Positions 1 through 11,078 of a DNA stretch of 32,033 nucleotides are shown here, in pieces. Within the stretch, counting starts at the first letter, position 1; every line of letters begins with the position of its first letter. A program made the position numbers and the translations under genes. The notes beneath the pieces were generated by a model, which saw only the letters and a program-made list of their open reading frames with translations, searched no databases and was not told the DNA's origin. Location of the stretch: contig NC_068984.1 of assembly GCF_001194135.2 (NCBI RefSeq), positions 113,348,166 to 113,380,198 of the forward strand, read 5' to 3'. Source of the stretch: Octopus bimaculoides. Its lineage: Eukaryota.

Positions 1-694
1 GCACATAGATCACATGCCCTGAAGCTCAAATATTCCCAGAATTTTTTCGAAAATTCTATAATGCTCAATTGCCATTGATTTTTGTGAATTGAAATTCCCA
101 TAACGTTTGAATGGAAATTCCCATAACGATGCTACTTTTCCTGCAGCTTTTGAATTTTTGGTCCGATTTTGATAAAAATCGATGAGGGAGCGAGGCTCAT
201 GGCAGTGAGTTGACGCCAGTATATGGCATTGACGAAACATCGATAATTGCGCCTGAGCAGTGGTTTTATAAAATCAATAGGCTTTTTGCGTGCAAATTCT
301 CATAGGGATTTTATTTTTGGCCGTAAAGTTTACATTTTCATGTAAATGGTCACATGGATTCTCTTTCATGACATAGCCTTAACACTTTTCTTTGGCTTTT
401 GCTGAGATGGGTTACGCTGATCGATTTTGTACAGAGGGTGGCATTAAGGGGAGAGAAATAAACAAACATCACTCTCAGAAGGTCAAGGTACACCCCAAAT
501 TTTTTACTGCGATTTTAGACGGTCTAGTATGTAGGAGTATGTCGAAAGCTTTAACCGGGTAACATCACTGCCGAACCAGATATAACATCTTAATGGGTAA
601 TAGTTAGCACGGTTAACGTAGATTTCAATACAAGGTCAGAGGTGGGCTTAACTTCAACAAAGAAAACACGAGCAACCCCGGGTCCAACAGGTAG
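1..694 (+). mobile_element. Possible non-autonomous Helitron-like repeat fragment ending at ~694
   Basis: 3' motif CACGAGCAACCCCGGGTCCAACAGGTAG|T (667-695) resembles the Helitron GC-rich subterminal hairpin plus CTAG|T end, but reads GTAG and the hairpin is degenerate. The 5' extent is not defined. Confidence 0.3.
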
Positions 695-701
695 TATATA
701 A

Positions 702-704
<3 letters not shown>

Positions 705-742
<38 letters not shown>

Positions 743-1320
743 NNNNNNNNNNNNNNNNNNNNNNNNNNNNNNNNNNNNNNNNNNNNNNNNNNNNNNNNNN
801 NNNNNNNNNNNNNNNNNNNNNNNNNNNNNNNNNNNNNNNNNNNNNNNNNNNNNNNNNNNNNNNNNNNNNNNNNNNNNNNNNNNNNNNNNNNNNNNNNNNN
901 NNNNNNNNNNNNNNNNNNNNNNNNNNNNNNNNNNNNNNNNNNNNNNNNNNNNNNNNNNNNNNNNNNNNNNNNNNNNNNNNNNNNNNNNNNNNNNNNNNNN
1001 NNNNNNNNNNNNNNNNNNNNNNNNNNNNNNNNNNNNNNNNNNNNNNNNNNNNNNNNNNNNNNNNNNNNNNNNNNNNNNNNNNNNNNNNNNNNNNNNNNNN
1101 NNNNNNNNNNNNNNNNNNNNNNNNNNNNNNNNNNNNNNNTATATATATATATATATATGTATGTATTATAATTATTTGATAACTCAACGCCACGCACCCT
1201 CTGTCAACAGTAAGTTTTTACATTTTCATATATATGTATATATATACATATATATATACATATACATGCACATATATATTTGTATATGTATACACATGCA
1301 TACATACAAATTTATATATA
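705..1320. repeat. (TA)n / TA-CA low-complexity tract spanning assembly gap 743-1139
   Basis: Direct reading. Confidence 0.95.
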
Positions 1321-2274
1321 TCGATTTTAAAACATAAACGCTTGCTTCCTTCCCTTGGGTCATTCAGAATGCCTGAAGAAATGGGAGAGCCTTTACGCCC
1401 TTAAAACTTTAAGAAACAGAAAGCACTGAATCAACCTTTCTCTCAACAAATACAATTCGGACTATCTGCTGAATGTTACCTCTGTTCGTTAGTTCACACA
1501 TTTGTGTACACAAACACCACACACAGAGACAAACACACAAACACGCATATGAATATTTGTGTGTGTACCTATATTCACACATACACACATATATAGGCAA
1601 ATATATATAGATCCATACATATATACACTCTATACCTACAGGTATCCATGTATATATCTAATTCCACAAAAAACTATACCTTTATATGTATGTACATATA
1701 CATGTACATTTCAACACACGACACAATCATACATGCGCGCGCGCACGCACACACACACACACATACATATACACCTGTGTACACATGCACATATAAAAAT
1801 TAACAAAATCTAAAATTGTTTTTTGTTTTATTTTATGTTTATATTATTCTTTCTTTTATCATTATTATTTGTTTATTCTATTTATTTTTGCGTGCAGCGT
1901 ATTTTAGTTCGACAAATATCTGTAAATATATAATTGTAATACTGTTTGGCGTTTCGTTATTTCACATAGTTTCTAGCAAAATATATACTCCCCACTGAAA
2001 TATATAACAAGATTTTGGCATCCTTCTGTAAAAGATAAGATATATTAATAAGAAAGTTGTGAAAAAAAAAAAAAGAAGTAATAAAAAGAAGGAAAAAGTG
2101 AAATTTCATTGGTGAGAATAATGAGCATCTTATAAATGAGGATAAATTGAAGGTGAAAAAATCGATGTGAATAAAGTATTTCAAAAAAATAATGATAGTT
2201 ATCAACAACCAAACAAGAAGGAAGTTTAAAAATGGAAAGAAAGAAAGAATAACAACAATAATATTAATAATGAG

Positions 2275-2398
2275 GGAGGATGAGGAGGAGGAGGAGGACA
2301 GTAGGATAATAATAATAATAATAATAATAATGATAATAATAATAATAACAATAATAATAATGATAATGATAATGATAATATTAATAATAATAATAATG

Positions 2399-2457
<59 letters not shown>

Positions 2458-2474
2458 TAGAAGAAGAAGAAGTA
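2275..2474. repeat. (GAG)n, (ATA)n and (GAA)n compound trinucleotide microsatellite running into gap 2475-2817
   Basis: Direct reading; explains the poly-Ile ORF 2192-2827. Confidence 0.95.
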
Positions 2475-3087
2475 NNNNNNNNNNNNNNNNNNNNNNNNNN
2501 NNNNNNNNNNNNNNNNNNNNNNNNNNNNNNNNNNNNNNNNNNNNNNNNNNNNNNNNNNNNNNNNNNNNNNNNNNNNNNNNNNNNNNNNNNNNNNNNNNNN
2601 NNNNNNNNNNNNNNNNNNNNNNNNNNNNNNNNNNNNNNNNNNNNNNNNNNNNNNNNNNNNNNNNNNNNNNNNNNNNNNNNNNNNNNNNNNNNNNNNNNNN
2701 NNNNNNNNNNNNNNNNNNNNNNNNNNNNNNNNNNNNNNNNNNNNNNNNNNNNNNNNNNNNNNNNNNNNNNNNNNNNNNNNNNNNNNNNNNNNNNNNNNNN
2801 NNNNNNNNNNNNNNNNNGAGGAGCTAAAATAAGATCAGGAAATGGTGGGGGTGATGGTGACGGTCAGTAGTGGTGGTGCAGATTGGTAGGGTGGTGGTGG
2901 AGAAATACCATTAATGATTTTCCATTTTGTGGTTATGTTGTTCGTTACAGTGTGAGAGATAATTTTTTTTTAAATACTGTATGTAATTGGTTTCATTTGT
3001 CTGGGCGACATATGGAGTCAAGTTTTCATAAAAACACATATACAGACACAAACATGCACATGCATATATGTGCATGTATGTATACAA

Positions 3088-3090
<3 letters not shown>

Positions 3091-3127
<37 letters not shown>
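3091..3127. repeat. (GATA)n microsatellite
   Basis: Direct reading. Confidence 0.95.
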
Positions 3128-3336
3128 GTATGTAGTATCAGCACATAGTATGGATGTAGACATACATATATATTTATACGTGCACTCACATAACACCATG
3201 CATCACCGTGTAAGCTAACAAATAAATAGAAATATATAAATGCGCCATCCTACGTAAACATATATTCATATATTTTTGATATTTCTATTACTGACATTAT
3301 ACATACAACATACATACATACAAAGTCTGTCATACC

Positions 3337-3376
3337 GGCCATGACGAAGGGAAATAGCCCTGAAACTCGAGTCGCC
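3337..3376 (+). ncRNA. Minimal type I hammerhead ribozyme motif (Penelope-like-element type) with a 1-nt core insertion
   Basis: GGC-C(A)TGACGA-AGGG aaatag CCCT-GAAA-CTCGAG-TC-GCC. Helix I GGC/GCC, perfect 4-bp helix II, palindromic helix III ACTCGAGT, GUC cleavage triplet; extra A at 3341. Confidence 0.7.
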
Positions 3377-3912
3377 TTTATATATTTATATTTATATATT
3401 TATATATTTGATCCTTTATATTGAACACTCAATATTTCATCTACATTCAATACTTTCTTTCATGGTGCCATCCATTTTTATTTTATTTTATTTTATATTA
3501 TATATTGTATATTATATTATATATTGTATATTCCATATTCTATACCCCACATTGGTTCTGCAGGAATATAAATAAAACATAAAAAACAGACAGTGTTGGA
3601 ACTCTTTTAAACAAAATAATATATTCCTCTATACACGTTGATACAAAAAACCCACCTTTTTTGTATNNNNNNNNNNNNNNNNNNNNNNNNNNNNNNNNNN
3701 NNNNNNNNNNNNNNNNNNNNNNNNNNNNNNNNNNNNNNNNNNNNNNNNNNNNNNNNNNNNNNNNNNNNNNNNNNNNNNNNNNNNNNNNNNNNNNNNNNNN
3801 NNNNNNNNNNNNNNNNNNNNNNNNNNNNNNNNNNNNNNNNNNNNNNNNNNNNNNNNNNNNNNNNNNNNNNNNNNNNNNNNNNNNNNNNNNNNNNNNNNNN
3901 NNNNNNNNNNNN

Positions 3913-3956
<44 letters not shown>

Positions 3957-4832
3957 GCACATACATGCACTCAGAAATGTTACACAAAGCTGAGCGAGGT
4001 CTACGACTTTTACAGGTCTTGTGTTATTGTGTGTGTATGTGTGTGTGTGTGTGCGTATGTGTGTGTTGACCAATTACGCTGCACATAAGCTCACCTCTTC
4101 CATCAACTCGACATTGGCATTACCTGTACAGGTGCAAGGTTTACCACATTCAGCTGTCCGAGTGATCGCAGAACTACTTGAAATGAAGCATTTTAATCAA
4201 GAACACAATGCAAACACCTGGTCCAAGAATTGGAACCATGCTTTTGTGACATACATAAACATGCATATCTAAATTATATATGGGTATTTGTGCGTATATT
4301 AACGTCCATTTTTTTCTGTCCGGTTTGTAAATTCTGTATGTAGAAAAGATTGTTTATCGGGTATCGTCATAGATAGGACGTCATAGAAATGGAATACAAA
4401 GGCTTTCGTCCAAATATTACAAGAGTTATCATCAGCATCAACACTCTTTTCGGTCATATAACAGGAAATATTGTACTTCTATTTTCTAATTTATCTGGAA
4501 ATGCTGAGATGAAGGATGAGAATAAATCTTCTGCAGTGATATATCAGCAGATCACAACATTATATAGCCTTTGCTTAGCAATGCAATTCATATATTGAAG
4601 CATCTGGCAATAACTCTTAAAAGTGGTCTGATATATTATCAAGGTGTCGTCATCTGAGTATTTCTTCTCGGACAATGTTTTCAATTCATGAGTGTCCCAA
4701 ATAAAAGAAAATAAATTTGAGACTTTATGAGCTAATCAGAGTAGCCGTCCAGTAAATAGTACTATAACACCACAGATAGGGTAAAATGCTATTATATTGA
4801 AGCTGCATACTAAATACTGAGAACTGTCTGAC

Positions 4833-4985
4833 AGCTTTTAGCTTTCGTCAACCAAATCTACTCACAAGGCTTTGGTCGGCCCGAGACTATACCAGAAGAC
4901 ACCTGCTCAAGGTGCTACGCAGTGGGACTGAATCCGAAACCATGTGGTTGGTAAGCAAGCTACTTACCACACAGCCACTCCTGTG
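4833..4985 (-). mobile_element. SINE family B (tRNA-derived, CORE-like), 5' half
   Basis: Reverse complement gives GAGTGGCTGTGTGGTAAG...GGTTTCGGATTCAGTCCCACTGCGTAGCACCTTGAGCAGGTGTCTTC (A/B-box head followed by a CORE-like CTTGRGCAAG segment); homologous to 8100-8490. Confidence 0.85.
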
Positions 4986-5156
4986 TGTATATATATACAC
5001 ATATATATGTAATGTCCTGTAATAGAATGACAAATGGTTTCGCATCCGTCTCGCAAGACTAAGGCCTTTGTTCATGCGAAACGATTGGGCACTCTATGAC
5101 CAGACATTAACTTAATTACTCTAATACATTACTGCACTATGCTTCTTTTTCGGACT

Positions 5157-5194
<38 letters not shown>

Positions 5195-5637
5195 NNNNNN
5201 NNNNNNNNNNNNNNNNNNNNNNNNNNNNNNNNNNNNNNNNNNNNNNNNNNNNNNNNNNNNNNNNNNNNNNNNNNNNNNNNNNNNNNNNNNNNNNNNNNNN
5301 NNNNNNNNNNNNNNNNNNNNNNNNNNNNNNNNNNNNNNNNNNNNNNNNNNNNNNNNNNNNNNNNNNNNNNNNNNNNNNNNNNNNNNNNNNNNNNNNNNNN
5401 NNNNNNNNNNNNNNNNNNNNNNNNNNNNNNNNNNNNNNNNNNNNNNNNNNNNNNNNNNNNNNNNNNNNNNNNNNNNNNNNNNNNNNNNNNNNNNNNNNNN
5501 NNNNNNNNNNNNNNNNNNNNNNNNNNNNNNNNNNNNNNNNNNNNNNNNNNNNNNNNNNNNNNNNNNNNNNNNNNNNNNNNNNNNNNNNNNNNNNNNNNNN
5601 NNNNNNNNNNNNNNNNNNNNNNNNNNNNNNATATGTA

Positions 5638-5722
5638 CACACTAGGCAGGTGTCTTCGACTATAGCTTTGGGCCAACCAAAAATCCGTGAATGGATTTGG
5701 TAGACGGAAACCTAAAAGAGCT
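5638..5722 (+). mobile_element. SINE family B internal fragment (left arm of foldback)
   Basis: Reverse complement of 5742-5826 with 6 mismatches in 85 nt. Confidence 0.85.
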
Positions 5723-5741
5723 AGTCCTACATATATATACA

Positions 5742-5899
5742 AGCTCTTTTAGGTTTCCGTCTACCAAATCCATTTACATAGTTTTGGTCGGCCCAAAGCT
5801 ATAGTCGAAGACACCTGCCCAGTGTGCGACGCAGTGGAACTGAACCCGAAACCATGTTGTTGAGAAACATGCTTCTTACCACACAGCCACGTCTGCACC
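5742..5899 (-). mobile_element. SINE family B, 5' half (right arm of foldback plus tRNA head)
   Basis: CTTCTTACCACACAGCCAC head and GAACTGAACCCGAAACC B-box region on the minus strand. Confidence 0.85.
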
Positions 5900-6240
5900 G
5901 TGTAGGCTGTACCGAGAACCAGCTAGCGGAAAGCTGCCTAGGGTTAAACTACTAGTAACATATATAGTAATATATACATAAACAAATGTAACCAAAAGAC
6001 ACAAAGCTACAAAAGTATAAGAGAGGTTCAGAGTCAATATTATTACTTTGGCGCAGAAGGCAGAACGGATGGAGTAAAAGATATTACCTTTTGGTAATAC
6101 ATTGTTATATGTAAGAGAAAAGTCCAGGACAACCCGCGAAGAGAGGAAACAGGACAAAAATAAATGAATGCAGTCACGAAAAAGCCAACGTGTGCTCAAT
6201 TATATATGCAATATCGCTCTCGCCTACACACATACATTCG

Positions 6241-6275
<35 letters not shown>

Positions 6276-6357
6276 CCTCTCTGTCTCTCTCTCTCTCTCT
6301 CACTTTTTCTCACGTTCTCTTTCTTGCTATATATATATACATACATACATACATACA

Positions 6358-6417
<60 letters not shown>

Positions 6418-6418
6418 T
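6241..6418. repeat. Compound (CT)n, (TA)n, (TACA)n, (TATG)n microsatellite
   Basis: Direct reading. Confidence 0.95.
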
Positions 6419-6984
6419 TACGTGTGTGTTTTTTGTATCTATGCATACATGCATAAAATACATATATATGGCTTCCTATCAAATTTCACTTGCAAGACAG
6501 TAATCAATATCTGTATATGACATTGCCCAGCCCACGTACCTCTCGCGCTATTTTCTCTCATTATTTCTCAGTGTCTATTTAAACTTTCCGATCTCTTAAC
6601 TTTCTCCCTTTCTCCTTTTCAAAAACAACCCACTTCCTGGACTAACCTACGACGTAATCAGAAACAATGTATTTCTTTGACATTCTCCTATTTTTGGCTT
6701 TTATTCTTGTCTTACATTTTCTCCTGTTGTTTGCTTTTATTTTTTGCCCTCTGCCTCGTCCTTTTTTTTTTGCCACTTTTTATTGTCCTGTTCTTTTTTT
6801 ATATTTTTCCTTTTCTTCTTCAATTTTTCCTCTTCCTCAGAATCAAGAAATTTTTTTTTTTTTCATACGTAAGCTATGTGAGATTTTTAAAATCGATGTA
6901 TGTATATGTGTATGTGTGTGTGTTTGTGCGAGCGTGCGTGTGTGTGTGTGTGTATGTGTGTGTGCATATGTTGGCGCATATATA

Positions 6985-7101
6985 TTCTTTTACTTTTTTC
7001 AGTCATTTTAACTGTGGCCATACTGGATCACTGCCTTTTAATCGAAGGAATCGACTCCTGGATTTATTCTCTGTAAGCCTGGTATTTATTCTATCGGTTT
7101 C
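6985..7101 (-). mobile_element. SINE family B, 3' part
   Basis: TTTCAGTCATTTTAACTGTGGCCATACTGGA...CTATCGG matches the reverse complement of the 3' end of 8100-8490. Confidence 0.75.
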
Positions 7102-8099
7102 TTATTCTATCACCGCGAGTCCTGATGAGAGTTTTTCTCGAGGTAATTAACGCAGTATTCTATGTTTTAACAGAACATCCACATTAAGTTGGCGATCGAG
7201 ATTACCTTTTGGCATTAACACAACTTCTGTCGCCAGTGTTCAATTCAGAATATTATCAAGTTATGAAACAGGTGTTCATTCAATATTAACAAATACAAGT
7301 AAAATCTTTTTTGGTGTTGATATTAAGACGTAGAGACACCGAAAATTGGAACGTAGTATCGCAAAAATAATAGAATCAGTAATAAACAAACAAGCTAACA
7401 GAAAATTTTACTTTCTCTTCAGATTCATTCCATTATTTTACTGTAAACTCCAAAGCAAAGATATGTTTGTAAAAGAACATGTACCTCATGTAGATGTTTT
7501 CATTACATATATAATAAATTGAAATAGATTTTTATTTAAAATTATTTATTATGAAATTTAACAAGAACACAAAAATGCTAGCTGAAAAATTTAATAATAA
7601 GAAACATTGAGATATTAAAATTTCTGATTATGATCTTTCAGGAAATTGATACTTTTTTTTACAAAAATATAGTTGCCTATCATATTTCTAATACGTTTCT
7701 TGATATTTTTCTATCCTTTCTTTTGGCTGTTTACTTTACTTAAATAATTTCTTCTGCAGTTTGTTGTAGTCAAGATATAATTCGTCACGAGTTACCTCTC
7801 CTACGTCTTTAGAACTTACGTTCGCTTTACACCACAGCCCAATTCAACCAGAAAATCAGCAATTATTCAACACATACTTGACTCTCTAACTTACAAAGCA
7901 ATTGCCTTTTTCATGAGCCTAATTTGAACTGAAACCAAACCTAGCATAAACAGTTGAAATGGGAATAACAAAACGAAATAACTCGTGATATTCATACTTG
8001 CATGCTGATGGCGAATTGACTTTGCGATGAATTGTACTAACACGATGTATATCATGTGTGTATTAGTGTGTATGTGCTTGTCTGCGTGCGTGTGCGTAT

Positions 8100-8490
8100 G
8101 TGTAGCTCAGTGATAAGAAGCTTGCTTACCAACCACATGGTTTCGGGTTCAGTCCCAATGCGTGTCATCTTGGCCAAGCATCTTCAGCTATGGTCTCGGG
8201 CCTTCGAAAGCCTTGTCAGTGGATTTGGTAGACGAAAACAGAAAGAAGCCTGTCGTATATATATCTATGTGTGTGTCATTGTGCCTGTGTTTGTTCTCCA
8301 CCGTTGTTAGTGTGTTTACGTCCCCGTAACGTAGCGGTTCGGCAAAAGTGTCTGATTTGATAGAATAAGTATCAGGTTTCACAAAAACATTAAATACTGG
8401 AGTTGATTCATTCGACTACAAATTCTTCAAGGCGGTACCCCAGCATGGCCACAGTCTAATGACTGAAACAAGTAAGAGTTGAAAAACAAA
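8100..8490 (+). mobile_element. SINE family B, near full length
   Basis: tRNA-like head (TAGCTCAGTGATAAG; GGTTTCGGGTTCAGTCCC), CORE-like segment, internal TA/TG tract, 3' GACTGAAACAAGTAAGAG tail; homologous to several other copies in the window. Confidence 0.9.
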
Positions 8491-8539
8491 AAGACCTATG
8501 TGTGTATGTGTGTGCGCACGTGTGTGTGTTGCAGTACCC

Positions 8540-9190
8540 AGACTGTTTTTGTCCATGCCACGAGCATTTTTGCACACGACTACCTTCAAACACCTCCGTA
8601 AATCCAAATAAAACACTTTCGTGAACGCGCTGACAATGCCGAAAAAAATAAATAACCATCGATTCCTTTCAAATGGAAAGAGGAATCTCCTCACTACATG
8701 ACAACGATCTAACGATTTCACAATGATCTAATCACCTGTGAATACTCCATACCTTTTCGACAACGTAGACTATTCACATTTCGGCATGTTATGGAACTCT
8801 TCGTGCAATGAAGAGCACATGGAATCTACCTCTTCACACTTTCCATTTGTAATAACAAAATATGAACTATGGGAATTCACATACCATGTACAAGAAGCAT
8901 TTCTACCACTTTTACGCAGTTTTCCCTACATAATGGAACAGCAACTATAACATCCTACATATATTTTTTATTTTTACCTTTATTCTCTTCTTTCCCTCTA
9001 TACTTTTTCCAAAATAACTCCTTATATTAAACTCTACTATTTTCCTTTATTTAACCATCTCACATCGTCTCTGATGAAGGAATATCTCTAATAATATCCC
9101 AGAAACAGCTGTAAGACTAATTTTCTCTTTATAGATGTCCTGAAATTTCCACACTGCCTTGTCTTTGTTGTCTCATTTTATTAAACATAT
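8540..9190 (+). mobile_element. Probable Penelope-like element 3' end / pseudo-LTR remnant
   Basis: Pyrimidine-rich UTR-like sequence containing a near-canonical minimal hammerhead. No RT or GIY-YIG frame could be recognised; boundaries approximate. Confidence 0.45.
9067..9117 (+). ncRNA. Minimal type I hammerhead ribozyme motif (Penelope-like-element type)
   Basis: GTCT-CTGATGA-A GGAATAT ctctaata ATATCCC A-GAAA-CAGCTG-TA-AGAC. Helix I GTCT/AGAC, intact core, helix II with 6 of 7 pairs, palindromic helix III ACAGCTGT, GUA cleavage triplet (after 9113). Confidence 0.85.
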
Positions 9191-9341
9191 ACATGCTCAT
9201 GCAAGACCCGCATTAGACTCCTCACTCGTATTATTATCGAACCGAGAGTTTAACTACGGTCCTTCTATAGCGCCTACATAGCCATACCTACCACCTTGTG
9301 TCTTCTGGATACCAATACCTCTCATATATATATATATATCC

Positions 9342-9522
<181 letters not shown>

Positions 9523-9614
9523 GGCAAATCGTAAAAAAACAACGAAAGTCAAAAGTACGTACACATGGAATATATTAGTTTGACGCTCAGTAAAGGTGGA
9601 GAAAAGAGTGGGTG

Positions 9615-9647
9615 TATAACGTTTCGGGTATGGCTCTTCGTCAGAAA
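9615..9647 (-). ncRNA. Degenerate minimal hammerhead ribozyme motif
   Basis: Minus strand TTT-CTGACGA-AGAGCCATACCC-GAAA-CG-TT-ATA. Both core blocks are intact and followed by the GAAACGTH pattern; helix II is one substitution from GGG/CCC; helix I is weak. Confidence 0.5.
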
Positions 9648-10680
9648 GACAAGAAAGGTCAAGTCCAAAGAAAAAAAGTGTCCAGGAAAATCACATGTAT
9701 GGTTACATGGCTATACACCAAATATGGCACGCAAAGGGTCTGAACTAAAAACCTTCCGGCTACAAAGAAAATTTTAGCACACGGTCAGACACTTGCACTT
9801 ATATATAATATTTTTTTTTTTTCACTTTTCGCACCTCTCTATTCATCCATTAATCATGTCTTTATCTAATATCATTATTAAAAAATACCATGTTATTCTC
9901 AAAACAATACGATTACAGTTATCATCGTTGGTTTTTAATATCAGTTTTTCTTTCTTTGCTTTTCATTAATTGCTCTCGGTATTTTGTAACATAAATTTAC
10001 ACTTGTTATCATCAAAAAGTAATTTTTTACACCCTTCGTTGTTATAATAAAAAAATCGATAAGCCGAATATAACACATCGACCAATTGCTGTCAGGTATC
10101 TCGAAACTTTATAGTTAAAGAAGCCATAGAATATAAATCTTATTCAACAGAGGAGTCGCTACATAGACGCTTAACCTGCTAGAAATAAAAATCGAATAGC
10201 CTTAAACCTCACAGTTGTATTAAATACAAAACAACATTAGACAATGTAATCTTATATATATGTGTGTGTGTATTGTATATATTTGTTTATGTGTGTAGGC
10301 ATACCTTTTCAATTTTAATCTGAACAAAGTTACAACAGCGGTCCATGGCATGTATCTAACTTCGATAAATGATAAATGCCATGCACGAAACACTCGGACG
10401 TTGAGTAACATTTGTAACTTTCTTTTGTACACTGCGTTGCTGAATCAGAAATATCTTCATAGCAAATATTCTGCCGAGTACCACAGATTTGCTTGGCAGT
10501 TACTTGACCATAACCACTTGAGCATACCCCTTAGTGGCTGACAATATGTGCATCGCTATTATCATGAGCAGGAGTGGTGGGGATCATCATAGCCATGTGT
10601 TGGGAGGGATTCTTCGGGATTTCAATAAATGTAACAGAAAGCAAAGGAAATACTAACCATTTTTCATGCTCCATAGGGGT

Positions 10681-11078
10681 TGTTGTTGTTGGCACTCCGT
10701 CGCTTACGACGTCGAGGGTTCCAGTTGATCCGATCAACGGAACAGCCTGCTCGTGAAATTAACGTGCAAGTGACTGAGCACTCCACGGACACGTTCACCC
10801 TTAACGTAGTTCTCGGGGATATTCAGCGTGACACAGCGTGACACAGTGTGACAAGGCTGACCCTTTGAATTGCAGGCACAACAGAAACAGGAAGTAAGAG
10901 TGAGAGAAAGTTGTGGTGAAAGAGTACAGCAGAGTTTGCCACCATCCCCTGCCGGAGCCTGGTGGAGCTTTAGGTGTGTTTGCTCAATAAACACTCACAA
11001 CGCCCGGTCTGGGAATCGAAACCGCGATCCTATGACCACGAGTCCGCTGCCCTAACCACTGGGTCATTGCGCCTCCAC
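10681..11078 (-). mobile_element. SINE family A (tRNA-derived), full length
   Basis: Reverse complement starts GTGGAGGCGCAATGACCCAGTGGTTAGGGCAGCGGACTCGTGG...GGTTTCGATTCCCAGACC (A and B boxes) and ends CGACGGAGTGCCAACAACAACA; closely matches 12415-12802. Confidence 0.92.

Noticed and set aside
4403-4436. Minus-strand CTGATGA...GAAA
   Set aside because: No helix II, helix III or NUH pairing; chance match.
4630-4665. Minus-strand YSDDDTL as a reverse-transcriptase YADD motif
   Set aside because: No other RT motifs at the expected spacing.
7740-7860. Minus-strand peptide LWCKANVSSKDVGEVTRDELYLDYNKL (winged-helix-like by eye)
   Set aside because: Short, bounded by stops, no splice acceptor, no corroborating context.
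8738-8950. ORF upstream of the 9067 hammerhead as a GIY-YIG endonuclease end
   Set aside because: No GIY/YIG or conserved C-terminal motif could be recovered in any frame.
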